A stretch of 64,000 nt of DNA from Oceanispirochaeta sp. (GTDB taxonomy: Bacteria > Spirochaetota > Spirochaetia > DSM-2461), in NCBI GenBank assembly GCA_963666275.2, contig CAXXOA010000001.1, forward strand, positions 992,001 through 1,056,000, given 5' to 3'. The notes under the pieces are model-generated. The model had not been told where the DNA came from and did no database searches. It saw only the letters and a list, made by a program, of their open reading frames with translations. Positions 52,274 to 62,050 of the stretch are shown piece after piece. Numbering within the stretch: position 1 is the first letter of the stretch; every line of letters starts with the position of its first letter. Made by a program: the position numbers and the translations under genes.

Positions 52274-53299
52274 CTATATATATAAATCAATTCCTCCAAA
52301 TTCTTTTACAAAATCAATAATGGTTTTAATATTTTGTAATGATCTATATTTCTCAAGAAAATCTATTTGTCTTTTATCAAAGTAAATTAACAAAATACAA
52401 GCATGACTACGTGTTTCCTCATGAATTGTTTCATCTGCGATAATTTCTCTTAAATATTCAATTTTATTACTATTACAATTAATAATAGCTTCAACAGACT
52501 GTCCAATACTGCCTCTTTGGATCCCAATCTCTGGATTAATAAATTCTAACAGTTTAATTATTGTTTTTTTGGGGATATTTGCTAATAAAATCTTTGCATA
52601 ATTTCGTGTTTCGTCAGTAAGTTGTGTTCCTGTATAGAAGATATCTGGATGTCCTGGAACATGAGCAATATAATAAATTAGTTGACTTGAAATGTCATAG
52701 ATCGTTGAAGAAGTTATATAATCAATAAAAATATCCCATATAACTTTTTCATTTTTATAATTGCTAAATAGAATCGATGAACCGAGCGAGTGTTCTTGGA
52801 TGATATCGGATTTGAAGAGTTCTATACTTTCCTCTATAGTCAATTCTGGTATCTTTCGAATCATTTGTGGTAGAAATAGATTTGAAAAACTTTTCTTTTC
52901 AATAATATTTGTTCTATTTAGAAATATTTTGATTGAAGTATCATTAGGAAAATCATGCAAATATTTTTTAATGTCAATCCAATATGCTTTATCATTTTGA
53001 TCATCATATACTATTCCATGTACAGGCAAGGAATAATTCGACCAGTAATCACGATGATCTTCAATTTGAAAAAAAGCATAATCACGTTTTTTAGAAAAAT
53101 ATGATTTTCCTGATTTGATCTGATATGCAATAGAAGTATTAGTTGGGGAACCATTTAAAAAGAATTCAATTATACAATCTATTCCAAAATCATTTTCTTG
53201 TTCAATTTTATGGAAAATAGATCCAGATTCTTCCACTAGTGACTTAATAAAGTTTATTCCACGTTTTGCTGTTATTGATGATGGTTTCAATTTACCCAA
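52274..53299 (-). CDS. DUF4365-like PD-(D/E)XK nuclease domain protein (cassette gene)
   Basis: ENDFGIDCIIEF...IAYQIKSGKSY...YW....LPV..IVYD....AYW. Confidence 0.75.
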   Translation of the reverse strand: MGKLKPSSITAKRGINFIKSLVEESGSIFHKIEQENDFGIDCIIEFFLNGSPTNTSIAYQIKSGKSYFSKKRDYAFFQIEDHRDYWSNYSLPVHGIVYDDQNDKAYWIDIKKYLHDFPNDTSIKIFLNRTNIIEKKSFSNLFLPQMIRKIPELTIEESIELFKSDIIQEHSLGSSILFSNYKNEKVIWDIFIDYITSSTIYDISSQLIYYIAHVPGHPDIFYTGTQLTDETRNYAKILLANIPKKTIIKLLEFINPEIGIQRGSIGQSVEAIINCNSNKIEYLREIIADETIHEETRSHACILLIYFDKRQIDFLEKYRSLQNIKTIIDFVKEFGGIDLYI

Positions 53300-53327
53300 A
53301 ATTTACCCTTTCCGTTTCTTGCAATAA

Positions 53328-54032
53328 TTATTTCTTTTTCCCTTTATAATAAAATCCTAATATTTTGTAGAAATGATCTCTATAATCATCATTCTCAGGA
53401 ATATTATAATTTTTTTTATCGAATTTCGCTGCATAAAAAACTTTCAATTCCCAGCATACATTAGCTGTGTTTAACGATTTTAAATGACCTTTATATTTAT
53501 TGAAAACTTTTTTTATCTTAATCTTATTGTCCATAATATTTGTGATATCAACAACAAATGGTAAATAAGCTTCTTTAAAACAATTTTCACCTGTTCTATC
53601 CTGAAAATCGAAAAGTTCAGTCATTCTTTTTAAGTCTTTCAAAATTTCTTTTTTGGAAGGGGAATCTCTTTTCACTTCAATACAATATCTCGAATGATTA
53701 ATTCCTTGAATATTTTCATAGATGCAAATATCCATATTCCCATTTCTTTTTGTATTCTTAATTTTTGAAATAATCATCTTTGCAAAACCAAATTCATCTC
53801 CTTTATCCTCTGTTGATAACAGCGGTACACAACTTCTTGCGAATTTTTTTGTTGATTCTTCAACTTTTATAATCCATGGGTCTATTGGACAATCTTTGAT
53901 TTCAGCGACCGATTTAGCTATATTTACAGTCAATAAATACTCAGGGAAATCATAATTATTTATTTCACCAGTAAATAACTCTAAATCACTGTATGTGTTT
54001 TTTATTCCCTTTTTAATTTTGTCTTCAATCAT
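53328..54032 (-). CDS. Hypothetical protein with PD-(D/E)XK-like motif (cassette gene)
   Basis: PEYLLTV...NMDICIY...CIEVKR...DLKRM. Confidence 0.6.
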   Translation of the reverse strand: MIEDKIKKGIKNTYSDLELFTGEINNYDFPEYLLTVNIAKSVAEIKDCPIDPWIIKVEESTKKFARSCVPLLSTEDKGDEFGFAKMIISKIKNTKRNGNMDICIYENIQGINHSRYCIEVKRDSPSKKEILKDLKRMTELFDFQDRTGENCFKEAYLPFVVDITNIMDNKIKIKKVFNKYKGHLKSLNTANVCWELKVFYAAKFDKKNYNIPENDDYRDHFYKILGFYYKGKKK

Positions 54033-54048
54033 TTTTATACCTTTATCA

Positions 54049-54144
54049 ATCTAACTATCTTTTAAGTAGCAGATCGTAAACTGGCGAGATCGTTGCCAAA
54101 GCAAGGATCATGACAGTAGAACTGACTACTTCAAAAGCTCGTTA
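54049..54144 (-). other. attC site interrupted by intron B (completed by 56119-56121)
   Basis: atctaac-tat-cttttaagtag ... gatc-gttgc-caaa-gcaag-gatc ... ctacttcaaaag-ctc-gtta|tat. Confidence 0.88.
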
Positions 54145-56118
54145 GTACGCCCGGCATGGGTATCAACTTATGGGGTGAAAGTCCCCTGCAGGTTCTCACA
54201 GATAGTTAATGCTATCCAAACTGCTAGCCAGAGGCAAGGGCATCTTCGTGAGGAGTTGTCTGAAGGAAGCCCGACGGCAAAACCGGGAACCGATGAACAA
54301 AAATGTGATATAAGGCCTAGTTTCAGAGACGAGTTAGCTAACGATAACGATGTCCGGTGAGAGTGAAACAGGGTAAATCACACGGTTGTCCGGGGAAAGC
54401 TGATACCCTTATCCGGGGAGGCCTGTTTGCACGGCGATTTTGATGAAGACCTTTCGGAATAATCGGCAGAAGGATGCCGATCAAAGCAAATCCCGGCTGT
54501 TCACAAGGTGGCAATTGTGAAACGGAGCCATCATCCGATGGAACACAAAATGATGTCACAGAAAGTTCTTCATGGAAAGCATTAGTGGTAGCAATTTCAC
54601 TGATTAGCAGACAGGAGTCAGCAGAAGGCATAGTAGCCAACGCCCGGAGTAATGCCCGGTTCACGGCGAAGGCCTGAACATTTCACAAGGAGGAGCCTTA
54701 TGGTTCTCAGGAACAAAACTATTTCTGGCGGATCATGGAGAAACCAGCCTTGAACAACACCTTGATGGATCTGATTCTTACATCGGAAAACATGCACAAA
54801 GCCTGGAAGCAGGTGAAGAGCAACGGAGGAAGTCCCGGAGTTGACGGCATAACCGTCGAAGAATTCCCGGCATACCTTCGGAATCGATGGGAAAGGGTCA
54901 GGCGAGCTTTGCTTTTTGGGTACTACGTGCCCTCTCCGGTTAAACGGGTCGAAATCCCCAAGAAATCCGGAGGAAAACGAATACTGGGTATCCCGACAGT
55001 ACTCGACCGGGTTATCCAGCAAGCCATTACACAGGTTCTGAGTCCGATCTTCGATCCCGATTTTTCGGATTGCAGTTTTGGATTCAGGCCGGGAAAATCG
55101 GCTCATGGAGCAGTGAAGAAGGTTCAGAGCTATGTTGTATCAGGATATGGCTATGCTGTGGATCTGGACTTGGAAAAGTTCTTTGATACAGTCAATCATG
55201 ATATTCTGATGCATCTGGTCGGCCGGAAAGTCCGGGACAAGAAAGTCCTCAGGTTGATCGGTCGGTACCTTAGAGCCGGAATTCTGGATAAAGAAGGAAA
55301 TAACCTTCCAACTGTTGTTGGGACTCCTCAAGGAGGCCCTCTTTCTCCGCTTCTTTCAAATATCCTTTTGGATCAGTTTGATAAGGAGCTGGAAAGACGT
55401 AAGTTATTGTTTTCCCGATATGCTGATGATGCCATAATTTTGGTCCGAAATCAGCATGAAGGATCTCGACTTCTATCAGAGGTCTCCAGCTTCCTGAGCA
55501 GGAAACTGAAACTCATTGTCAATGAGGAAAAGAGTAAGGTTGCACCGATAAGAGATTGTTCATTCCTGGGTTTTACCTTCATCGGGGGAAAGATCCGCTG
55601 GACAGAAAAGGCGTACCAGGATTTCCGTTACAACATCAGACGTTTGACTGGACGATCATGGGGTGTTTCCATGAAATACCGCTATAGCAAACTGAATCAA
55701 TACTTGAGAGGCTGGATGAATTACTATGGTATTTCCGAATACTACAGGCCGATTCCGGGACTTGAAGAATGGCTCAGAAGGAGAATCCGTATGTGCTACT
55801 GGAAACAGTGGCGCAGATGTCGAACAAAAGTCAACAACTTGATCAAACTAGGGATTCCGGTGCGTGCTGCTATACCTGCCGGTACATGCAGCCACTCTTA
55901 CTGGAAGATGTCGAAGACTTACACAACGAATGCAGGTCTATCCAATAAATGGCTGGAAGAGCAGGGACTAGTCAGTATTAAAGCCCTTTGGTGCAAAGCC
56001 CAAGGGTATACTTGACCAGATTGAGGAAGCTGTTTGCTTCATGAAATGAACCGCCCTGTGCGGATCCGCTTGCAGGGTGGTGTGGGGACTGGGGGAGAGA
56101 AACCCCCGGTTACCCGAT
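54145..56118 (+). mobile_element. Group IIC-attC intron, lineage B (1974 nt)
   Basis: 5' GTACGCCCGG, DV gaaccgccctgtgcggatccgcttgcagggtggtgtg, 3' CCCGAT; clearly diverged from lineage A. Confidence 0.93.
54735..56015 (+). CDS. ltrA: Group II intron reverse transcriptase/maturase, lineage B
   Basis: PGVDG, GTPQGGPLSPLL, RYADD; 426 aa. Confidence 0.95.
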   Translation: MEKPALNNTLMDLILTSENMHKAWKQVKSNGGSPGVDGITVEEFPAYLRNRWERVRRALLFGYYVPSPVKRVEIPKKSGGKRILGIPTVLDRVIQQAITQVLSPIFDPDFSDCSFGFRPGKSAHGAVKKVQSYVVSGYGYAVDLDLEKFFDTVNHDILMHLVGRKVRDKKVLRLIGRYLRAGILDKEGNNLPTVVGTPQGGPLSPLLSNILLDQFDKELERRKLLFSRYADDAIILVRNQHEGSRLLSEVSSFLSRKLKLIVNEEKSKVAPIRDCSFLGFTFIGGKIRWTEKAYQDFRYNIRRLTGRSWGVSMKYRYSKLNQYLRGWMNYYGISEYYRPIPGLEEWLRRRIRMCYWKQWRRCRTKVNNLIKLGIPVRAAIPAGTCSHSYWKMSKTYTTNAGLSNKWLEEQGLVSIKALWCKAQGYT

Positions 56119-56122
56119 TATT

Positions 56123-56310
56123 TCATATAGTTTTTAGCCTAAATCTAATTGATGAAGGGCTAAAACCCATTTTTTCATAAAAACCAATTGCATTACTGTT
56201 GTTTGCAAATACTGATAGACGTATATCAGTCAACCCTTTTTCTCTTATCCATTCTAATCCATGCATGAATAAGCTTTTCCCAATTCCTCGTTTACGTATT
56301 CCTTCGGTTA
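56123..56310 (-). pseudogene. 3' fragment of a GNAT acetyltransferase cassette gene, truncated by IS3
   Basis: TEGIRKRGIGKSLF...LSVFANNSNAIGFYEKMGF...KTI*; not in the ORF track. Confidence 0.85.
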
Positions 56311-56340
56311 TGAACCACCCCGAGAATCCCGGAGACAGAT

Positions 56341-57246
56341 TTACTTGAGTCCGGCTGTTACTGCCAGACTAATTTCCTGTTCATAATACATCATTTCAAA
56401 CTCTTGTGGAGAAATATATCCCAGAGGTTCCATGATCCGTTTGTTATTATACCAATCCACCCAGTCTAAAGTAGCCAGTTCAACCTGTTCAATCGAGCGC
56501 CAGGGACCATCTTTGTGAATGACTTCTGCCTTGTATAGACCGTTTATTGTCTCTGCCAGAGCATTGTCATAAGAGTCACCTTTACTCCCAACTGATGGAT
56601 CAATTCCTGCTTCAATAAGTCGTTCTGTATAGGAAATAGCCAGATATTGAGAACCACGATCACTATGATGGATCAGCTTTTCTGTTACCTGTCTTGCCCA
56701 CAATGCCTGATTGAGTGCATCCAAAGTAAAATCCGTTTTCATTGACGTTGATGCCCGCCACCCGACAATCATTCTTGAAAATACATCAATTATGAAAGCA
56801 ACATAAACAAATCCCCTCCAAGTGGAAACATAGGTGAAGTCAGCCACCCACAGCTCGTTTGGCCTGGAAGCAGTGAAATCCCGGTTTACAAGATCATCAG
56901 GCCTGTTATCTTTCGTCGGAATCGTTGTCCTGACTTTCTTACCACGAATTACACCACGAAGCCCCATGGCACGCATTAAACGCTCTACAGTGCATCTGGC
57001 GACGGGGATTCCTTCTTTATTCATGGCCTGCCAGACTTTTTTAGCTCCATATACACATCTATTCTCAAACCAGACCCGTTTGATTTCATCTTTCAGGTGG
57101 TTATCCCTTTTTACTCTTGGAGGCTCTCTGTCTGGATCTGATTGCCGTGATTTCATTTCGTAATAGGTTGATGGAGCTATCTGAATATTCTTACAGAGAG
57201 GCTCGACTCCATGATTTTCCCTATTCTTATCAATGAAATTGACCAT
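56341..57246 (-). CDS. IS3 transposase OrfB (DDE)
   Basis: WVADFTYV, HHSDRGSQY, SYDNALAETINGLYKAE. Confidence 0.95.
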   Translation of the reverse strand: MVNFIDKNRENHGVEPLCKNIQIAPSTYYEMKSRQSDPDREPPRVKRDNHLKDEIKRVWFENRCVYGAKKVWQAMNKEGIPVARCTVERLMRAMGLRGVIRGKKVRTTIPTKDNRPDDLVNRDFTASRPNELWVADFTYVSTWRGFVYVAFIIDVFSRMIVGWRASTSMKTDFTLDALNQALWARQVTEKLIHHSDRGSQYLAISYTERLIEAGIDPSVGSKGDSYDNALAETINGLYKAEVIHKDGPWRSIEQVELATLDWVDWYNNKRIMEPLGYISPQEFEMMYYEQEISLAVTAGLK

Positions 57247-57566
57247 TATTTCTTTCGGCGGTCGAGCTCCGCCTGGGCGAAATATGCTGATGCCTTACGC
57301 AATATCTCATTGGCTTCTCTTAGCTCACGAACTTCTCTTTCAAGTTCCTTTATTCTTGCCCGTTCTTCACTGGAGACGCCTTCCTTGATACCACGGTCTA
57401 TCTCGGTTTGTTTTACCCATTTTCTCAGAGACTCCGGAGTACACCCGGTTTTTGAGGCTATTGAAATTATTGCTGCCCACCGTGATTCATAGTCTTTTTC
57501 ATGATCAAAGACCATCCTGACTGCCCGCTCTTTAACTTCTTGAGCATACCTGATTCTTTTTCCCAT
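57246..57566 (-). CDS. IS3 transposase OrfA
   Basis: RAVRMV...LRKWV...[30 protein letters not shown]. Confidence 0.95.
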   Translation of the reverse strand: MGKRIRYAQEVKERAVRMVFDHEKDYESRWAAIISIASKTGCTPESLRKWVKQTEIDRGIKEGVSSEERARIKELEREVRELREANEILRKASAYFAQAELDRRKK

Positions 57567-57616
57567 AACACAATCCTCTCATATAATTGTGTCTCCGGGA
57601 AACCCGGGGTGGTTCA

Positions 57617-58318
57617 CGGTATGCAGATGACACTATCCTTTTAACGAAGAGATTGTGTGATGCTAGGAAGATCCTAAAGGAAGTTTCAATATTTCTGGTA
57701 AGGAAATTGAAATTGGTAGTGAATCAGGGAAAAACGAAAGTTGCAAAGATAACGGAATGCAGCTTCCTGGGGTTCACATTCAAGGGTAAGAAGATTCGCT
57801 GGACTGAGTCGTCTTTTGAGGATTTTCGGTATCAACTGAAATATCTGACAAGGCGTTCCTGGGGTGTTTCCATGGAATACAGAATCGGGAAACTCAATGA
57901 GTATATCCGGGGCTGGATGAACTACTATGGGATCTCCCAATATTACAGCCCTCTACAGAACCTTGATGACTGGCTCCGTAGGAGGATTCGCATGTGCTAC
58001 TGGAAACAGTGGCGATATCCCAGAACGAAAGTCAGGAAACTGATGGAACTGGGAATTCCGAAAGATTTTGCCATTATCACCGGTGCCAGTAGTAAATCCT
58101 ATTGGCATCTCTCCAAGTCTTACGCTACCAATGCAGCTATGTCCAATAAATGGCTGGAAGAGCAGGGATTGGTCAATATCAAATATCTGTGGTGTAAAGC
58201 CCAGGGATATATCTGATCAAATCAGGATTTCGTTTGCTCCATGGAGTGAACCGCCCCGTGCGGACCCGCATGCGGGGTGGTGTGGGGGCTGGAGGTTAAA
58301 AGCCTCCGGCTACCCGAT
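57617..58318 (+). mobile_element. 3' part of lineage A intron (copy 4); RT truncated just before RYADD
   Basis: Matches 61304-62005; begins exactly at the IS3 end. Confidence 0.93.
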
Positions 58319-59893
58319 TTATATGTCATCTTTTATGTAATTTTGATTAATGACTACTTTGTATTTTCCTTTTAAATATTCTTTTCCAGAATAAATATTT
58401 GGCACATTTATCCTTTTAATTCGCTTTACCTCAAGAGTTCCAATTAATTTCTTTCCTAACCCATGATTATTTAATTTTCTTTCTCTCATGTCTTCATTAA
58501 AAATATTTATTCTGCAATATCCTAGTTGTAAAAAATTTATAGCACTTCTCTTTTGATATTTAGCTTTTCTTAAGCATTTTCTTATTATTTTTCGTTTCAG
58601 TTCAAAAAGCATATTTTCATTGATGTTTGAATGATTAATTATAATATTTGCATTTAATATTAGAGACATTTTATTTCTATGTATCTTAGCATCTCTAACA
58701 CTGATATCAATTGGGTTTAAATTCTTTTTAATTTCATCAAATGCTAATGGCATGTGTAACTTAAATGAATGATAAAGGCTATTTATTTTGTATACAATTT
58801 TTGGGAGTTTATATTTTAATAATGCAAAAACTCCACCATCAAGAAAAACTCCTTCATAATTATCCATAGAGACATTTTTTGACTTTCTATTTTTCCGTAA
58901 TAGTTTACCATCTAATCTTGCCCAACCTGGTCCTTTTATCACTTTAGAACGTATTGATATAAAATATACATCAAATCCTTTTAAAAAGAATTCAGAATAT
59001 AAAGCTGTTAGAAAAGAATAAAACTGTAATTTGCTTATATCTGTTGTATGTGATTCGCAAAATATAATTAGCTGGTTTTTATTATTTATAATTTTAGATT
59101 CAAGAATTCCTTCAACACTCCACCAAGGAGAATCTAACTCCTTCTTTATTTCTTGAACAGTAAAATGCTTTGAAATAGTTAAATCTGGATTATTTAACAA
59201 ATATATTTTCATTGCCAAGCAAAATGCGTTACATACATCAATAAGATCATCAAACAGTCTTATAAAATTTGATATATCTTGTTTAACCCTTTTTCCTTTT
59301 TTATCATAGAATTCAATCTCATCTTTATAGAAGAGTATTTTTCCATGTGCAATACCATTCCGAATTGTGTTATTGTAATTGCCTTGAATATCTTTAAAAT
59401 CTGTTTGCTTCAATTCGTCATTACAATTATATATATCTAAGTTATCAGTACCTTTTTTTCGTTGTCTCCTAGAATTTAGAGCAATGAAGTAAATAAAAAT
59501 ATGGTAGATACTTTCTAGAGTTTTTAGATATTGTGGTACTATGCTATCATTTATGTATAAAGCACTTTGGAATTCATTTGTACTTTTACTATTTTCATGG
59601 ATATCTTTTGAATTGATTTCTGACATCGTTTTTATTGCAATATCAATTTCTGTGCTTTTTTCATTTATGTCTTTTTTTGAACATGAACTCTTTAGAAAAG
59701 CATAATATTTATAAAATAATTCCTTATTGTAGTATTTCTCTGGTGATTTTTGAATATATCTTTGCAGAGAAACACCTTGATTTAATATTGGCTCAGTCAA
59801 TTCCGGAAAATATTCTTTAATTTTTTCTTTCAATTGTCTATTGAGTGTATGAGTAAGATTGTTTCCAAAAAGACTTAAAATTCTATTATCCAT
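58319..59893 (-). CDS. Hypothetical cassette protein with an RxxxxH (HEPN-like) motif
   Basis: 524 aa AT-rich ORF; IRNGIAHG; stop codon overlaps the attC core. Confidence 0.7.
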   Translation of the reverse strand: MDNRILSLFGNNLTHTLNRQLKEKIKEYFPELTEPILNQGVSLQRYIQKSPEKYYNKELFYKYYAFLKSSCSKKDINEKSTEIDIAIKTMSEINSKDIHENSKSTNEFQSALYINDSIVPQYLKTLESIYHIFIYFIALNSRRQRKKGTDNLDIYNCNDELKQTDFKDIQGNYNNTIRNGIAHGKILFYKDEIEFYDKKGKRVKQDISNFIRLFDDLIDVCNAFCLAMKIYLLNNPDLTISKHFTVQEIKKELDSPWWSVEGILESKIINNKNQLIIFCESHTTDISKLQFYSFLTALYSEFFLKGFDVYFISIRSKVIKGPGWARLDGKLLRKNRKSKNVSMDNYEGVFLDGGVFALLKYKLPKIVYKINSLYHSFKLHMPLAFDEIKKNLNPIDISVRDAKIHRNKMSLILNANIIINHSNINENMLFELKRKIIRKCLRKAKYQKRSAINFLQLGYCRINIFNEDMRERKLNNHGLGKKLIGTLEVKRIKRINVPNIYSGKEYLKGKYKVVINQNYIKDDI

Positions 59894-59913
59894 TTTACCT
59901 CATACCTTTGTAC

Positions 59914-60016
59914 ATATAACGCCCGCATAACCTGTTTTCCGTACATGGCGGAAATCCTGCCTGCGAAGCAGAAAAAGCAGGATTTGTGACATAGGAAAAT
60001 CTGGTTCATGCGTTTG
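59914..60016 (-). other. attC site interrupted by intron A5 (completed by 62006-62011)
   Basis: atataac-gcc-cgcataacc ... aaatcctgc-ctgc-gaa-gcag-aaaaa-gcaggattt ... ggttcatgcg-ttt-g|ttatgt. Confidence 0.9.
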
Positions 60017-62005
60017 GTACGCCTGACATGGCAATAAACTTATGAGGTGAAAGTCCTCTACAGCTACCCACGTATAGTAAACATGCTATACCAACTGTTA
60101 GCCGACGGCAAGGGCAATTCCGTGAGGAATTGTCTGGAGGAAGCCTGAGTGCAAAACCGGGAGCCCATGTACAAGAATGTGATAGAAGGCCCAGTTCTGG
60201 AGGTGAGTCAGCCAATGATGACGATGCCCCGTGGGTGAGGGATAGGGTAAATCACAGGGTTGTCCGGGGAATGTTTATTGTCTTATTCGGGGAGATCTGT
60301 CTGCAAGGCGGTAACACCGGTTTGACCGTGAGAATCCGGAGGATACCGGGGTAACAAATCCAGGCCTATCAGGGGATGACACTCTGATAAGGAGCCGTTT
60401 ATACGGAACACAAAGAAGTCGTCACAGCGATTCAAACCGGATGATACAGCGTCAGCAGGAGTAATTCTACTGATAAGCAGACAGAAGTCAGCAGAAGGCA
60501 TAGTAGCCAACGCCCGGAGTAATGTCCGGTTCATGGTGAAGGTCTGAACATTTCACAAGGAGGAGCCTTATGGTTCTCAAAGGAACAATTTCAGTTTATG
60601 CCGGAATCACTTTTGGCGGACCATGGAGAAACCAGCCTTGAACGAATCTATGATGGATTTGATTTTATCCTCTGAAAATATGCACAAAGCCTGGAAACAG
60701 GTCAAACGCAATGGAGGTAGCCCTGGAATCGACGGTATCACTGTCGAGAAGTTTCCAGGATATCTGAAAACCAGATGGCCTAGAATCAAACGAGCTTTGC
60801 TCAACGGGTACTATGTACCTTCTCCGGTGCTGAGGGTAGAAATCCCGAAGAAATCCGGAGGAAAACGGATGCTGGGAATCCCGACAGTTCTAGACAGGGT
60901 TATCCAGCAGGCTATTTCACAGGTTCTGAATCCCATATTTGATCCGGATTTCTCGGAGCATAGCTATGGATTCAGACCGGGAAGATCGGCTCACGGAGCA
61001 GTGAAACAGGTAAATCAACATGTCAAATCCGGGTATAGATACGCCGTGGATCTGGACTTGGAAAAGTTCTTTGATACAGTTAATCATGATATCCTGATGC
61101 ATTTTGTGGCTGTAAAAGTCTGGGACAAATCTGTCCTCAGACTCATCGGCCGTTACCTGAGAGCCGGTATTCAGTTGGACAATGGAAAAGTGATTCCTAC
61201 AGCAATCGGCACACCCCAAGGCGGGCCTTTATCACCTTTGCTTTCCAATATCCTCCTTGATCGGTTGGATATGGAACTGGAAAGAAGAAATGTACGGTTT
61301 GCACGGTATGCAGATGACACTATCCTTTTAACGAAGAGATTGTGTGATGCTAGGAAGATCCTAAAGGAAGTTTCAATATTTCTGGTAAGGAAATTGAAAT
61401 TGGTAGTGAATCAGGGAAAAACGAAAGTTGCAAAGATAACGGAATGCAGCTTCCTGGGGTTCACATTCAAGGGTAAGAAGATTCGCTGGACTGAGTCGTC
61501 TTTTGAGGATTTTCGGTATCAACTGAAATATCTGACAAGGCGTTCCTGGGGTGTTTCCATGGAATACAGAATCGGGAAACTCAATGAGTATATCCGGGGC
61601 TGGATGAACTACTATGGGATCTCCCAATATTACAGCCCTCTACAGAACCTTGATGACTGGCTCCGTAGGAGGATTCGCATGTGCTACTGGAAACAGTGGC
61701 GATATCCCAGAACGAAAGTCAGGAAACTGATGGAACTGGGAATTCCGAAAGATTTTGCCATTATCACCGGTGCCAGTAGTAAATCCTATTGGCATCTCTC
61801 CAAGTCTTACGCTACCAATGCAGCTATGTCCAATAAATGGCTGGAAGAGCAGGGATTGGTCAATATCAAATATCTGTGGTGTAAAGCCCAGGGATATATC
61901 TGATCAAATCAGGATTTCGTTTGCTCCATGGAGTGAACCGCCCCGTGCGGACCCGCATGCGGGGTGGTGTGGGGGCTGGAGGTTAAAAGCCTCCGGCTAC
62001 CCGAT
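60017..62005 (+). mobile_element. Group IIC-attC intron, lineage A copy 5 (1989 nt, apparently intact)
   Basis: GTACGCC...CCCGAT, no inserts. Confidence 0.95.
60623..61903 (+). CDS. ltrA: Group II intron reverse transcriptase/maturase (426 aa)
   Basis: RT0-7 motifs, RYADD, domain X. Confidence 0.95.
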   Translation: MEKPALNESMMDLILSSENMHKAWKQVKRNGGSPGIDGITVEKFPGYLKTRWPRIKRALLNGYYVPSPVLRVEIPKKSGGKRMLGIPTVLDRVIQQAISQVLNPIFDPDFSEHSYGFRPGRSAHGAVKQVNQHVKSGYRYAVDLDLEKFFDTVNHDILMHFVAVKVWDKSVLRLIGRYLRAGIQLDNGKVIPTAIGTPQGGPLSPLLSNILLDRLDMELERRNVRFARYADDTILLTKRLCDARKILKEVSIFLVRKLKLVVNQGKTKVAKITECSFLGFTFKGKKIRWTESSFEDFRYQLKYLTRRSWGVSMEYRIGKLNEYIRGWMNYYGISQYYSPLQNLDDWLRRRIRMCYWKQWRYPRTKVRKLMELGIPKDFAIITGASSKSYWHLSKSYATNAAMSNKWLEEQGLVNIKYLWCKAQGYI

Positions 62006-62050
62006 TTATGTCGCCTCCATCTACCATCAATTTTATCATTTATGTTATGT

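Larger units (their letters stand above)
56311..57616 (-). mobile_element. IS3 family insertion sequence (IS51/IS629-like ends)
   Basis: Terminal IRs TGAACCACCCCG...GGAGAC / GTCTCC...CGGGGTGGTTCA; orfA+orfB; no flanking direct repeat. Confidence 0.95.

Noticed and set aside
57587..58216. 209-aa ORF as an independent gene
   Set aside because: Its first residues come from the IS3 end read into a truncated RT; it is a junction artefact.
46490..61903. RT genes as retron, DGR, CRISPR-RT or Abi RT systems
   Set aside because: Each lies within GTACG...DV-DVI...CCCGAT intron RNA with domain X and a IIC-type DV; no msr/msd, TR/VR pair or cas genes seen.
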